Below are positions 1 to 9,246 of a stretch of DNA of 32,000 nucleotides, piece after piece. The notes below the pieces were generated by a model that saw only the letters and a list, made by a program, of their open reading frames with translations, had not been told where the DNA came from and did no database searches. The translations under genes were made by a program, and so were the position numbers. The DNA lies in the NCBI GenBank assembly GCA_002708905.1, contig PAPM01000022.1:7969-39968 (forward strand), read 5' to 3'. Numbering within the stretch: the first letter of the stretch is position 1; every line of letters starts with the position of its first letter. This DNA is from Pseudomonadales bacterium (GTDB lineage: Bacteria > Pseudomonadota > Gammaproteobacteria > Pseudomonadales > Ketobacteraceae).

Positions 1-2
1 TC

Positions 3-1154
3 AGCGTCGATTTTGCCAAAGCCGGTCTGGTGGGTTCCGGCGCTATCGTGGATCTGCCCACATATCAGTTCCAGCGCACAGCGTACTGGAGAAACGAAAA
101 AACCGGACCGGCGTTCCCCCAGCACAATACGGCGATGTTTCCGCCGGTAAATACTCCCAGCTTTGCGGAAGAGGTTGAGGAAAAGGATGCTCAGAAAGAG
201 ATTCGTGATGTTTGGGAGCGCTATATTCAAAAACCGGACTACGATGACGATGACAGCTACTTTGATCTTGGCGGACATTCATTGAATGGTGTGCAGCTGA
301 TCGGAGAGTTGAACAAGCGCTATAACCAGAACATCGAGATTTCTGATTTTTTTGATCACCCGACGTTTAATCACCTGTTGAAAGCGTACGGTATTACAGC
401 GGCTGGAGAAGCAGAAGAGCCGGTACAGACCACCCCGCACTCCGCGTCTGCTTCAGAAGCTGATATCCATCAACTTCAATATCGTGGGTCAAGCCAACCT
501 AATAAAATATGGATGCAGGAAAGCCTGATTTGCAAGTGGCTCCTGTCACGGCTGTACGGCTTTTCCAGGATGACCATCCGTAGAGTTCTGGAGCGGATTA
601 TATTCAAGTTGGAAGGCGGTGAGCTGTTTTCCGTAACCATGCGCAAGCTGTATAAGAAATACTACGACATGGATATAGGTCACTATACCGCTGGCTGTTT
701 TGACAAAGGTAACTTCAAGCCGGGCACCACCATCGGCCGCTATTCTTCCATTACCCCGACAGCCCGTTTTGAGACTGCGGATCACCCTTCTACAACGGTT
801 TCCAGTAGTGGTTTGTTCTACCGAGAATCGTTCGGGTTTTCCGATGGCATGGAAATTCCGCGAACCAAAATCGTAATCGGAAATGACGTGTTTATCGGCC
901 ACAACGCCACCTTGGTATATCCCTGCTCAAAAGTAGGTGATGGCGCTATCATTGGTGCAGGCACCATTGTGAATTTTGACGTACCACCTTATGCCATTGT
1001 GGGCGGGTCGCCTGCGATGATTATTCGTTACCGTTTCCCGAAAGCGAAAATCGAAGCCTTGTTGGAAAGCCGCTGGTGGGAAAACGATCTGGAGCAATTG
1101 TATCCAGCCCGGGGAGAATTTATGAAGCCGGTCTCAGGGTCGAGAGTTCGATAA
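3..1154 (+). CDS. C-terminal part of a modular polyketide synthase (partial, continues off the window start): end of acyltransferase domain, phosphopantetheine carrier domain, then C-terminal hexapeptide-repeat (LbH/xenobiotic acyltransferase-like) domain
   Basis: The frame is open to the window edge (SVDFAKAGLVGSGAIVDLPTYQFQRTAYW, the typical end of a PKS acyltransferase region). Carrier motif FDLGGHSLNGVQLIGEL. C-terminal part GTTIGRYSSITPTARF...VIGNDVFIGHNATLVYPCSKVGDGAIIGAGTIVNFDVPPYAIVGGSPAMIIRYRF is classic hexapeptide acyltransferase sequence. Confidence 0.85.
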   Translation, partial: SVDFAKAGLVGSGAIVDLPTYQFQRTAYWRNEKTGPAFPQHNTAMFPPVNTPSFAEEVEEKDAQKEIRDVWERYIQKPDYDDDDSYFDLGGHSLNGVQLIGELNKRYNQNIEISDFFDHPTFNHLLKAYGITAAGEAEEPVQTTPHSASASEADIHQLQYRGSSQPNKIWMQESLICKWLLSRLYGFSRMTIRRVLERIIFKLEGGELFSVTMRKLYKKYYDMDIGHYTAGCFDKGNFKPGTTIGRYSSITPTARFETADHPSTTVSSSGLFYRESFGFSDGMEIPRTKIVIGNDVFIGHNATLVYPCSKVGDGAIIGAGTIVNFDVPPYAIVGGSPAMIIRYRFPKAKIEALLESRWWENDLEQLYPARGEFMKPVSGSRVR

Positions 1155-1306
1155 GCGCGGATAACCAGCCAATTCTGGCTTTAATTCTCGGGGCGAGTGT
1201 GAACAAGGTGGGATTCTTGAGGAATCGCCCTGAGTTGCTGTTTTTTCATGAAGGTTTTTTTGGTCAAATAGACGGACACTTCGGTTCCACCCAGTCGAGC
1301 TTCGCT

Positions 1307-2698
1307 ATGAACCCATTAAAATTCTGCATGGCTTTGTGTGCAACACTCTTCACACTTGCTGTCCCACAATTCGCGTACCCTGCCTGCCCTGGAGACAATG
1401 ACTGTGGTTTATCACCCGGGTTGTTCGTTTCCCGAGCCAATCTCGCCGTAGTTAAACAGAGAATTCAGGCCGGAGAGCAGCCCTATGCTGCCTTCTATGA
1501 GAGTTTTCTGCGTCAAGCCAGCGCCACGCTCAGTCGCTCGCCAAACCCATTTAGCATGGCGAACGTTAAAGACATCACTTTTGGCTGGTGTGGCACAGCA
1601 GGAGGAGAGGACGACACGCTGAATGATCTGGTGAAAAAGATCACGGATGATTCTCACACTGCGCGCAATTTGGCGGTCGCCTACCTGCTTTCAGATGATG
1701 TGCGTTTTGCCGACAAAGCCAGGGATTTTATGCTGGCATGGGCTACAGGCAGCACTTTGTTCAATATCTACGATTTTAATGTGGATTTTAATAGAGCAAG
1801 TTTTGACGGCATCGAAGAAGGTTTTTGTAACAACTCCTGGAACATGGCTCTGGATAGCATGTGGCAAGGCTATGGCCTGATTAATTTCAGTGATGTGTAT
1901 GCCATCCTAACGCGAAATGGATATCAACTGTCCGCTGCTGATCGCACCGTATTGCAGAGGTGGCTGAGCCGGGAGTTGTTTCCTGCCATGAATGCCGGCT
2001 GCCATTCCTGGACCCGTTGGGCTGATAATCACACCGGGTCAAGTGCATACACCCGCTACCGCAGTGACAACCACCTCAGCTGGTGTGTGGCTGGTTGGTC
2101 ATCCGTAGCGGCGGCCTTGAATGATGAGGCGATGTGGAATTACACCTTTAAAGGCGGCACGTTTGATGACGGACACAGTGGCCCTTATGCGAATCCTGCC
2201 AACTTCGAAGCGCAGGTAGGTTATGCGGTGTCGGCCAGTGGAGAGATCTACGATCAAGCTGTGCGCGCATCGTCTCACAAGGGTTTGTTCTACGGCAATT
2301 TCAGCTTGTGGTCGTTGTCTTTGGCGGCACAAATAGCGGAAGTCCACAAGGGCATCAACTATTGGACGTTTACCGGTAGTCGGAATGGTTCGTTAATGAC
2401 GGCGTTGGACTATTACGCACGTTATACAGCTGGGGATTTGGCACCCCCTGATGCAGAAGAGACGACAGACCCAGCTTTCTTCAGATTTCTATACGAAATG
2501 GTCGTGGGAAATCAGTGGGTCAATGGTGAGCGGGAAAGTCTGTATCGGCGGGCACGGGACAGCAGCGCCCGAACCCAGGTAGTGAGTCAGGCCATTGGCC
2601 CAGTGTCTCTCTTGACCGGGGATCTTTCAGCAGGGAACAAGCTGAGCCCGCCGAATCCTCCAAGGAACGTGCAGGGACAGTCTTTACCCGGAAACTGA
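1307..2698 (+). CDS. Exported alginate lyase superfamily-like protein (polysaccharide lyase fold)
   Basis: ATG at 1307 starts a signal peptide (MNPLKFCMALCATLFTLAVPQFAYPA). The body contains ADNHTGSSAYTRYRSDNHLSWCVAGW and NFSLWSLSLAAQIAEVHKG, resembling alginate lyase domain proteins. The ORF track start at 1076 overlaps the upstream gene and is probably not the true start. Confidence 0.6.
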   Translation: MNPLKFCMALCATLFTLAVPQFAYPACPGDNDCGLSPGLFVSRANLAVVKQRIQAGEQPYAAFYESFLRQASATLSRSPNPFSMANVKDITFGWCGTAGGEDDTLNDLVKKITDDSHTARNLAVAYLLSDDVRFADKARDFMLAWATGSTLFNIYDFNVDFNRASFDGIEEGFCNNSWNMALDSMWQGYGLINFSDVYAILTRNGYQLSAADRTVLQRWLSRELFPAMNAGCHSWTRWADNHTGSSAYTRYRSDNHLSWCVAGWSSVAAALNDEAMWNYTFKGGTFDDGHSGPYANPANFEAQVGYAVSASGEIYDQAVRASSHKGLFYGNFSLWSLSLAAQIAEVHKGINYWTFTGSRNGSLMTALDYYARYTAGDLAPPDAEETTDPAFFRFLYEMVVGNQWVNGERESLYRRARDSSARTQVVSQAIGPVSLLTGDLSAGNKLSPPNPPRNVQGQSLPGN

Positions 2699-2699
2699 C

Positions 2700-4337
2700 T
2701 CAGGTTTTATATTGCGACGCCATTTTTCTAAATTGTGCGCCCAGCTCTGATAGTTTCTCACTGATCTCGCGGCTGCTGGCTACAGACTCATGGGTTTCCT
2801 GGGCGAGGACGGCAACACCATTAATATTGGCATTGATATCATCAGCAACGGAACTTTGCTCTTCGGCTGCCGTAGCAATTTGAGTATTCATGCCTTTGAT
2901 GGCCTCCACAGCAGAAGTGACACTGGTAATGGCTTCCCCAGCCTGCTGGGACAGAGTGACACACTTAGCTGTCCGTTCCTGGCTTACCTGCATGGCGTGC
3001 ACCGCATCCTGGGTTCCGTTGTGGACGTTGCTGATGATCTGATGAATTTCTTCGGTGGATTCCTGGGTACGTTGGGCCAGGGTACGCACTTCGTCGGCCA
3101 CCACGGCAAACCCCCGTCCCTGTTCACCGGCGCGGGCGGCTTCAATGGCCGCGTTTAAGGCCAGCAAGTTGGTTTGTTCTGCGATGCCTTTAATTACGTC
3201 CAGTACGCTACCGATGCGGGAGGTGTCGGCTGCCAGTTTATTCATAACCGTTGCGACATTTTGCACATCATCCGCCAGCTGATTAATGGCAGTGATGGTA
3301 TCGTTCATGACTCGAATACCATTCTGCGCACCTTGGTCGGCCTGCTGTGCAGCTTCTGCCGCGCCGGAAGCGTTGCCGGCAACTTCCTGGGATGCCGCTG
3401 TCATTTCATTCGTTGCGGTGGCCAGCAATTCGGTGCGGGTCTGGACGTCGTCGCTCTGGCGCAGCATGTTGCTCATCATCTGTTGTAGATGTTGCGCATT
3501 GTCGTCCAGGGTGGAAGCACTGGTTTTCATGCTTTCCACCATTTTTCGCAGGCCTTGTTGCATGGTATTGACATCACCGGCCAATTGTCCCAGCTCGCCT
3601 TTGGCACTGGTAGTGATGGGGTGAGTGTAATCCCCTCTGGTCATCTGTTTAATGCCCAGCATAAGAGATTGCAGGGGTGAAATGATCAGGCTGTTCATGG
3701 CGAATATGACAGTGCCGGCGATAACAATGACGGCGACGAGTGCAGTGGGAATAATGATAGCAATAAGTGAATTCACTTCATCGGCATTCGATTCCGCCTT
3801 CGATTGGGCCATTTCAGAGAGTTTCGCCACGGCATCAGCGAGCAATTGAGCGGGTTCCCGGTCAATGCCTTTTACCGCAGCGTCACCGGCTTTATGATCC
3901 AGTCCCGCCGCAATGAATTTCTGATAACCATCCCGATAGGCGCCGGCCATGGATTTGTGGGCTGAGAGGAAGTTGCTTACCTCTTCCTTGCCTTCCCCTG
4001 GCGCGAGGTGCTGCAATAACCCTTTGCCAAGCTCCTGTATTTCAGTTTCCCGGTCCTGGAAGGCGGTCCAGTATTTCTCCCGCCGCGCCGCGTCATGGCC
4101 ACGGAGCAGTACGTTCTTCCATTCCTGTACCTGCACTTTAAACAGATAATTCATCTTCTGGATGGCCGAGACATGGGCAAGGTCCTCCGTCACCAGCACT
4201 TCAAAATGACTGACAATGCGGGCTTGGTACCAGATAGCACTGCAGCAGATCAGGGTAACCAGAACAAAGCCCAGACCAACACCTTTGGACAAAAGGGAAA
4301 GCGTATTGGTGTTCGTATTAGCGTCCATACTGAACAT
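2700..4337 (-). CDS. Methyl-accepting chemotaxis protein (4-helix-bundle sensor, HAMP, MCP signalling domain)
   Basis: N-terminal TM, periplasmic helical region, second TM, and signature hairpin [47 protein letters not shown]. Confidence 0.95.
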   Translation of the reverse strand: MFSMDANTNTNTLSLLSKGVGLGFVLVTLICCSAIWYQARIVSHFEVLVTEDLAHVSAIQKMNYLFKVQVQEWKNVLLRGHDAARREKYWTAFQDRETEIQELGKGLLQHLAPGEGKEEVSNFLSAHKSMAGAYRDGYQKFIAAGLDHKAGDAAVKGIDREPAQLLADAVAKLSEMAQSKAESNADEVNSLIAIIIPTALVAVIVIAGTVIFAMNSLIISPLQSLMLGIKQMTRGDYTHPITTSAKGELGQLAGDVNTMQQGLRKMVESMKTSASTLDDNAQHLQQMMSNMLRQSDDVQTRTELLATATNEMTAASQEVAGNASGAAEAAQQADQGAQNGIRVMNDTITAINQLADDVQNVATVMNKLAADTSRIGSVLDVIKGIAEQTNLLALNAAIEAARAGEQGRGFAVVADEVRTLAQRTQESTEEIHQIISNVHNGTQDAVHAMQVSQERTAKCVTLSQQAGEAITSVTSAVEAIKGMNTQIATAAEEQSSVADDINANINGVAVLAQETHESVASSREISEKLSELGAQFRKMASQYKT

Positions 4338-4424
4338 CCTTGGGTCGAGAAAACGAGAGGAAGGATAGGTTAAGTATAGATACTTTCAATTGTTTTCCAG
4401 TATCCAGTTAGAGCGAGGTAGAAG

Positions 4425-4456
4425 CGGACCACCCCTAACAGGGCTAGGGTGGTCCG
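4425..4456. repeat. Perfect 10-bp inverted repeat (CGGACCACCC...GGGTGGTCCG), possible transcription terminator downstream of the minus-strand hydrolase gene
   Basis: Arms 4425-4434 and 4447-4456, directly downstream of the stop of the 4464-6533 minus-strand gene. No clear T-tract on the minus strand. Confidence 0.5.
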
Positions 4457-4463
4457 GCGGGCG

Positions 4464-6533
4464 TTAGTTCAACTCACTGAGTGGCACAATAGGCAGTACA
4501 ACGCTGGAAGGGTATTGCGGACTGTTGTGAATGGTGGTGATGCCATCCTGCGCCAGTTCACGCCTTGGTTCGTTCAACATTCCCTGCGCCTGATTGCTGG
4601 GGGAAATGGAAACCCTCAACTTGTTGCCTTTGCGGATCAGGGCCGAGGTGGGGAAGATCTCAACCTGCATCAGGGTGGGTTCGCCCGGGATCAGGAAGGT
4701 TTCCGCCGCTTGCGTGAAATAATGGTAGGGCTGGATCATTTCACCGTTGAGATAGCGGGACCGTAGCGGGTCCACCGTGCGTGCGGACGCCAGCAGCATG
4801 CCGTCGGTGATGGGTATGACCCGTCCGCTTTGGGTCACCTCGTCGATGCGTACCGCCAGCACCGCTTCGGTTTTGGTACTCTCCATCCAGATGTCCGCCT
4901 GGATGGGGCCGTTGATATAGTAATCCTCCGCCATTGGCTCGGATTCGTAGTTGAGGGCGGAACGCTCCAGCTTATCGCGATCCCAGAAGCAGACTTTAGG
5001 TGTGGCAATGCCCGCGCTTCCCAGGGTCCACTGGACAAAGCTGGGGGAGCATTCAGTGCCGTCGTTCAGGAACACGTTCAGTATCAGCAGGCCACCCTGT
5101 TCGTTCTTGCGGTATTCGTAATCGGCAAACGGGGGTGTTGCCATCTCATGGCTGGGTTCAGGCATTTCCGGCATTTGTCTGCTCAGACCCATATCACCGC
5201 GCAGATACCAGCGCTCCGGCATGGCAGCAGGGTGGGGCCAGTCGGTGGTGGTGGCAAATCCCTGCCACATACCGAACTGATAATTCCTGACGTATTGGGT
5301 GACCGGAGGAATGGAGTCCACCTGGGCATCCATGCCCATCAGGTATTGGTCAAACCATTGCAGCATCAGATGGAGGATCGGGTCCACTTTGTCCGTGCCG
5401 GGGAAGGCCTGTAGAAAATGACTGACGTGATCGCCGTTGTAGATCACCAGGCGACTGTCCACCCGATCTTTCAACGTCTCATACAGCAAAGGCGCATCCC
5501 GCTGGAAGATGTCATTGAGGGCGCCCATAAAGAATGTGGGTGCCTGGATCTGATCCATCTTCTCAATGGGAGAACGGGTGCGCCAGAACTCACCATCGTA
5601 GGTTACTTCCGGATCGCCGTTGATGGTGGCATCGATAATCGGCAGGTAATAGTTGTCGATCTGGGCGATATGATCAGCGGTGGACTTGGAGATCTGATCC
5701 ATTAACTTGGGAAACTGAATCATGGCCGGGATGTTCTGGGTGGAGGTCAAATGAGTCAGGGTCATCCACTTGCTCATGAACGTGGCGTTCAGCATGCCCC
5801 CAATGCCTACCGTGCCCCGTTGCGCATCACCCATGGGGACACTGGCGAACACTGCTTTGATGTCGTCCGGCCGTTGCTGGGCAGTGAACAAACCGGTAAT
5901 GGCCATGTAAGAAGCGCCGGCGACCCCTATGTCACCGTTGGACCAGGGCTGCTGTTTGATCCAATCCACCGCGTCACCGTAGCCGGACTGTTCCTCTGCT
6001 CCCAGCATTTCCCAGCCGCCCTCCGAGACGCCGCCACCGATGACATCCACTGAAACCTGGGCATAGCCTCTACGCACCATGTAGGGATCGGGCGCACCCA
6101 GCAACACGCCGCCGGGCATGGGCATAAAGGAGATCATGCTGATGTTGTAAGCGCTTTGTACCAGTATGGTGGGGAAGGGGCCTTCTGCCGGCGTGCCGTC
6201 TTCATTGGCCGGTAACGTTACCCGCACACCGATCAGATTGCCGCTGGTGGTGGGAACGTATTCCAGATACTTCACCTTAATCTTCGGATAGATGGCGTCC
6301 CGGTGATAGGCGCCCAGTTCGATGGTGGCGGGAAGAGGTTCTGGTTCCGGAGATTCAATGCCAGGGTCATTCGGCACGTCTTCCGGAGAATCCAACGAAC
6401 GCTCGTTGACCCCGGGAGCTGGGGTGTCATTGGAAGATCCGCCACCGCCACAGGCCACCAGTAAGATGGAAAACAGCAGAACGGTTAGAAAACGAGCATG
6501 CACAGGAGTGCAGCCCAGATTTGGGTTATACAT
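4464..6533 (-). CDS. CocE/NonD family alpha/beta hydrolase, predicted lipoprotein
   Basis: Lipobox-like LLVACGGGG near the N-terminus; PTILVQSAYN; nucleophile elbow GVAGASYMAITGLF; C-terminal X-Pro dipeptidyl-peptidase-like beta domain (NKLRVSISPSNQ). Confidence 0.85.
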   Translation of the reverse strand: MYNPNLGCTPVHARFLTVLLFSILLVACGGGGSSNDTPAPGVNERSLDSPEDVPNDPGIESPEPEPLPATIELGAYHRDAIYPKIKVKYLEYVPTTSGNLIGVRVTLPANEDGTPAEGPFPTILVQSAYNISMISFMPMPGGVLLGAPDPYMVRRGYAQVSVDVIGGGVSEGGWEMLGAEEQSGYGDAVDWIKQQPWSNGDIGVAGASYMAITGLFTAQQRPDDIKAVFASVPMGDAQRGTVGIGGMLNATFMSKWMTLTHLTSTQNIPAMIQFPKLMDQISKSTADHIAQIDNYYLPIIDATINGDPEVTYDGEFWRTRSPIEKMDQIQAPTFFMGALNDIFQRDAPLLYETLKDRVDSRLVIYNGDHVSHFLQAFPGTDKVDPILHLMLQWFDQYLMGMDAQVDSIPPVTQYVRNYQFGMWQGFATTTDWPHPAAMPERWYLRGDMGLSRQMPEMPEPSHEMATPPFADYEYRKNEQGGLLILNVFLNDGTECSPSFVQWTLGSAGIATPKVCFWDRDKLERSALNYESEPMAEDYYINGPIQADIWMESTKTEAVLAVRIDEVTQSGRVIPITDGMLLASARTVDPLRSRYLNGEMIQPYHYFTQAAETFLIPGEPTLMQVEIFPTSALIRKGNKLRVSISPSNQAQGMLNEPRRELAQDGITTIHNSPQYPSSVVLPIVPLSELN

Positions 6534-6571
6534 GCAGGTAGCTCCCTGTAGTTGTCATTTTTGTTATTTGT

Positions 6572-6594
6572 CTCAAGTAATTCCTGCACTTGAG
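6572..6594. promoter_or_regulatory. Short inverted repeat CTCAAGT-N9-ACTTGAG in the divergent intergenic region, candidate operator
   Basis: Arms 6572-6578 and 6588-6594, 38 bp upstream of the hydrolase start. Confidence 0.25.
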
Positions 6595-6752
6595 TACTAC
6601 ATTGGGTAAACAGTGAGTATGCCACGGCCATTTGGTCGAAGGCAAGGCCAATTGCGACAAAATATTAGCGGGTTGTGAAAACAATGGATGTCAGTTTGGC
6701 GCCGCTTAGCGTGCAAAACCGTAAAGCTTTTTTCTTTTTCCTGAGCCTGGCG

Positions 6753-6758
6753 TATAAT
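6753..6758 (+). promoter_or_regulatory. Candidate -10 box (TATAAT) of the mnmG promoter
   Basis: Perfect TATAAT 80 bp upstream of the mnmG GTG start; no convincing -35 box at 17 bp spacing. Confidence 0.45.
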
Positions 6759-6790
6759 GCCCGACCTTTTCTCCAGGCCAGGCTCGGGGG

Positions 6791-6816
6791 AAAGGCCTAG
6801 AGTTTATAGGCCTTTT
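6791..6816 (+). terminator. Terminator/attenuator-like hairpin in the mnmG leader
   Basis: AAAGGCCTA (6791-6799), 7-nt loop, TAGGCCTTT (6807-6815) plus one further T, ending 23 nt before the GTG start of mnmG. Confidence 0.4.
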
Positions 6817-6838
6817 AGCGCATTTTGAGGGCAATATT

Positions 6839-8725
6839 GTGGATTATCCAAAGCATTACGGAGTCATCATCATTGGTGGCGGTCACGCCGGTACCGAGGC
6901 GGCATTGGCCAGTGCCCGCATGGGCGTGCAGACCCTGTTGCTGACCCACAATATTGAGACCCTGGGGCAGATGTCCTGTAATCCGGCCATCGGTGGGATC
7001 GGTAAAAGCCACCTGGTGAAAGAAATTGATGCCTTGGATGGCGCCATGGCCCGGGCCACCGACCGTGGTGGCATCCAGTTCCGCATTCTGAATTCCCGCA
7101 AAGGCCCGGCGGTGCGGGCGACCCGCGCCCAGGCTGACCGCGTCCTTTATAAGGCAGCAATCCGCGAAATCCTGGAAAACCAGCCCAACCTGGATATCTT
7201 CCAGCAAGCGGCGGACGACCTGATCATCGAGGGCGAAACCGTAAAAGGTGTGGTAACCAATATGGGGGTGCGGTTCTTCTCCCAGGCGGTGGTGTTAACG
7301 GCTGGCACCTTCCTGGGTGGCAAAATCCACATCGGACTGGAAAACCACTCCGGTGGTCGCGCCGGCGATCCGCCGTCCATTGCCCTGGCCCAGCGCCTGC
7401 GGGAACTGCCCTTTAATGTGGACCGCCTGAAAACCGGTACGCCCCCCCGTATCGACGCCAAGTCCGTGGACTTTTCTGTGATGACCGAACAGCCTGGTGA
7501 TACCCCATTGCCGGTAATGTCATTTATAGGATCGCTGGCAGAACATCCGCGGCAAATTAGCTGTTACATTACGCACACCAATGAGCGTACCCATGACATT
7601 ATCCGCGGTGGCCTGGATCGTTCCCCCATGTACACCGGGGTGATTGAAGGCATTGGTCCTCGTTATTGTCCTTCCATTGAAGACAAGATTCATCGCTTTG
7701 CGGACAAGGATTCCCACCAGATATTTATTGAGCCGGAAGGGTTGACCACTCACGAACTGTACCCCAATGGCATATCCACCAGCCTGCCCTTTGACGTGCA
7801 GCTTGAACTGGTGCATTCCATCCGTGGTATGGAGAACGCCCATATCCTGCGGCCGGGTTATGCCATCGAGTACGATTTTTTCAATCCGCAGGATCTGAAG
7901 TACTCCCTGGAAACCAAATTCATCAACGGTCTGTTCTTCGCCGGTCAGATCAACGGCACCACTGGTTATGAAGAAGCCGGTGCCCAAGGCTTGCTGGCAG
8001 GTTTGAACGCCGCCCGCCGTGCCCAGGATAAAGAAGCCTGGACCCCGCGCCGGGATGAAGCCTACATCGGTGTATTGGTGGATGATCTGATCAGCATGGG
8101 TACCCGCGAACCCTATCGTATGTTCACCAGCCGCGCGGAACACCGCTTGCTGCTGCGGGAGGACAACGCCGATCTGCGTCTCACCGAAAAAGGCCGTGAA
8201 CTTGGGCTGGTGGGTGACGAACGCTGGCGCCGGTTCTGCGAGAAAAAAGAAGCCATAGCGCAGGAAGAGCAACGCCTGCGCAGCACCTGGGTGTTGCCGG
8301 ACAGTGTGATGGCCAAGCAACTCAATCCCAAACTGGGGAATGCCATCAGCCGTGAATACAATCTGAAAGATCTGCTGCGCCGCCCGGAATTGAATTACAG
8401 GGACATCGCTGCATTGACGCCAGACTTGAGCGTGGCGGACGACGTTGCAGAACAAATTGAAATCGATGCCAAGTATGAAGGCTATATCGCACGCCAGCAG
8501 GATGAGGTGGAACGCCTGCGTCGCAGCGAGGACACCAAGCTACCCGGGGATTTCGATTACGATGCCATCTCCGGTCTGTCCAATGAAATTAAAACCAAGC
8601 TCAATCAGGCCCGACCCCAAACCCTGGGCCAGGCGGGTCGCATTCCCGGTGTCACACCGGCAGCCATCTCCCTGTTGCTGATACACCTGAAAAAACGCGA
8701 CGCCCAGAGCAAGAAAAGCGCTTAA
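6839..8725 (+). CDS. mnmG: tRNA uridine-5-carboxymethylaminomethyl(34) synthesis enzyme MnmG (GidA)
   Basis: [71 protein letters not shown]; GTG start; next to rsmG-parA-parB. Confidence 0.98.
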   Translation: MDYPKHYGVIIIGGGHAGTEAALASARMGVQTLLLTHNIETLGQMSCNPAIGGIGKSHLVKEIDALDGAMARATDRGGIQFRILNSRKGPAVRATRAQADRVLYKAAIREILENQPNLDIFQQAADDLIIEGETVKGVVTNMGVRFFSQAVVLTAGTFLGGKIHIGLENHSGGRAGDPPSIALAQRLRELPFNVDRLKTGTPPRIDAKSVDFSVMTEQPGDTPLPVMSFIGSLAEHPRQISCYITHTNERTHDIIRGGLDRSPMYTGVIEGIGPRYCPSIEDKIHRFADKDSHQIFIEPEGLTTHELYPNGISTSLPFDVQLELVHSIRGMENAHILRPGYAIEYDFFNPQDLKYSLETKFINGLFFAGQINGTTGYEEAGAQGLLAGLNAARRAQDKEAWTPRRDEAYIGVLVDDLISMGTREPYRMFTSRAEHRLLLREDNADLRLTEKGRELGLVGDERWRRFCEKKEAIAQEEQRLRSTWVLPDSVMAKQLNPKLGNAISREYNLKDLLRRPELNYRDIAALTPDLSVADDVAEQIEIDAKYEGYIARQQDEVERLRRSEDTKLPGDFDYDAISGLSNEIKTKLNQARPQTLGQAGRIPGVTPAAISLLLIHLKKRDAQSKKSA

Positions 8726-8736
8726 ACAATAGTTGT

Positions 8737-9054
8737 TTGCACTATATTTACTCATACAAATGGCTGTACAGAGTGAATGATATTCTTTTAATGTGTGTTC
8801 TCGTTGTCTTTTTGTTCTCAACGATAGGGTTTAATAGGAGGACTAGGCTAAATCGGAAGGGACTATGTGCTTCATGTGGTGCCCAATTGGCTGAAGGCAA
8901 AAAAGAGGAAATAACGTATCCTAACGGCACCTTTTATTTTTGCTCTGTGTGTGGGTCTTCGATCAAATCCAAGGATAGAATATTTTATGGAGTTTCTGTT
9001 CTAATCATACTGTCTTTAACCAGCTTTATTATATGGAATACATGGCTTTATTAG
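8737..9054 (+). CDS. Small membrane protein with a CxxC-x(n)-CxxC zinc-ribbon-like segment between two hydrophobic helices (start uncertain, could be downstream)
   Basis: ILLMCVLVVFLFSTIG helix, CASCGAQ...YFCSVCGSS, then VSVLIILSLTSFIIW helix; AT-rich relative to the flanks. Confidence 0.5.
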   Translation: MHYIYSYKWLYRVNDILLMCVLVVFLFSTIGFNRRTRLNRKGLCASCGAQLAEGKKEEITYPNGTFYFCSVCGSSIKSKDRIFYGVSVLIILSLTSFIIWNTWLY

Positions 9055-9067
9055 GTTGTGTGTTAAT

Positions 9068-9246
9068 AAAGCTTTTTTCTGTTTCTGGCGTCTGACATAT
9101 TACTGTTTGCCTTTTCTCCCGCCCACCGGTGGGCGAAAACCCCAGTTCTATGTGCTTTCAGCGCAACAAGCAACCCAAGAGGGCTGTTTCGTGGACTATC
9201 CTAAGCGCTACGGACTCACCATCATAGGCGGAGGTCACGCTGGTAT
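9068..9246 (+). pseudogene. Diverged partial duplicate of the mnmG promoter, leader and first 18 codons
   Basis: 9193 GTGGACTATCCTAAGCGCTACGGACTCACCATCATAGGCGGAGGTCACGCTGGT encodes (V/M)[17 protein letters not shown] versus (V/M)[17 protein letters not shown] of true mnmG, with 10 mismatches in 54 nt by my hand count. The upstream sequence AAAGCTTTTTTCTGTTTC matches AAAGCTTTTTTCTTTTTC upstream of mnmG. CCTTTTCTCC and GAGGGC...GTGGA also recur. Confidence 0.75.
9120..9135. repeat. Perfect 16-bp palindrome CGCCCACCGGTGGGCG
   Basis: Read directly from the sequence, inside the duplicated mnmG leader. Confidence 0.6.

Noticed and set aside
6534-6838. Possible oriC upstream of mnmG
   Set aside because: No cluster of DnaA boxes (TTATCCACA-like) or AT-rich unwinding repeats seen; the proximity to mnmG and parAB alone is not enough.
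7520-8455. Minus-strand 311-aa ORF inside mnmG
   Set aside because: Antisense to a confident conserved gene, low-complexity translation.
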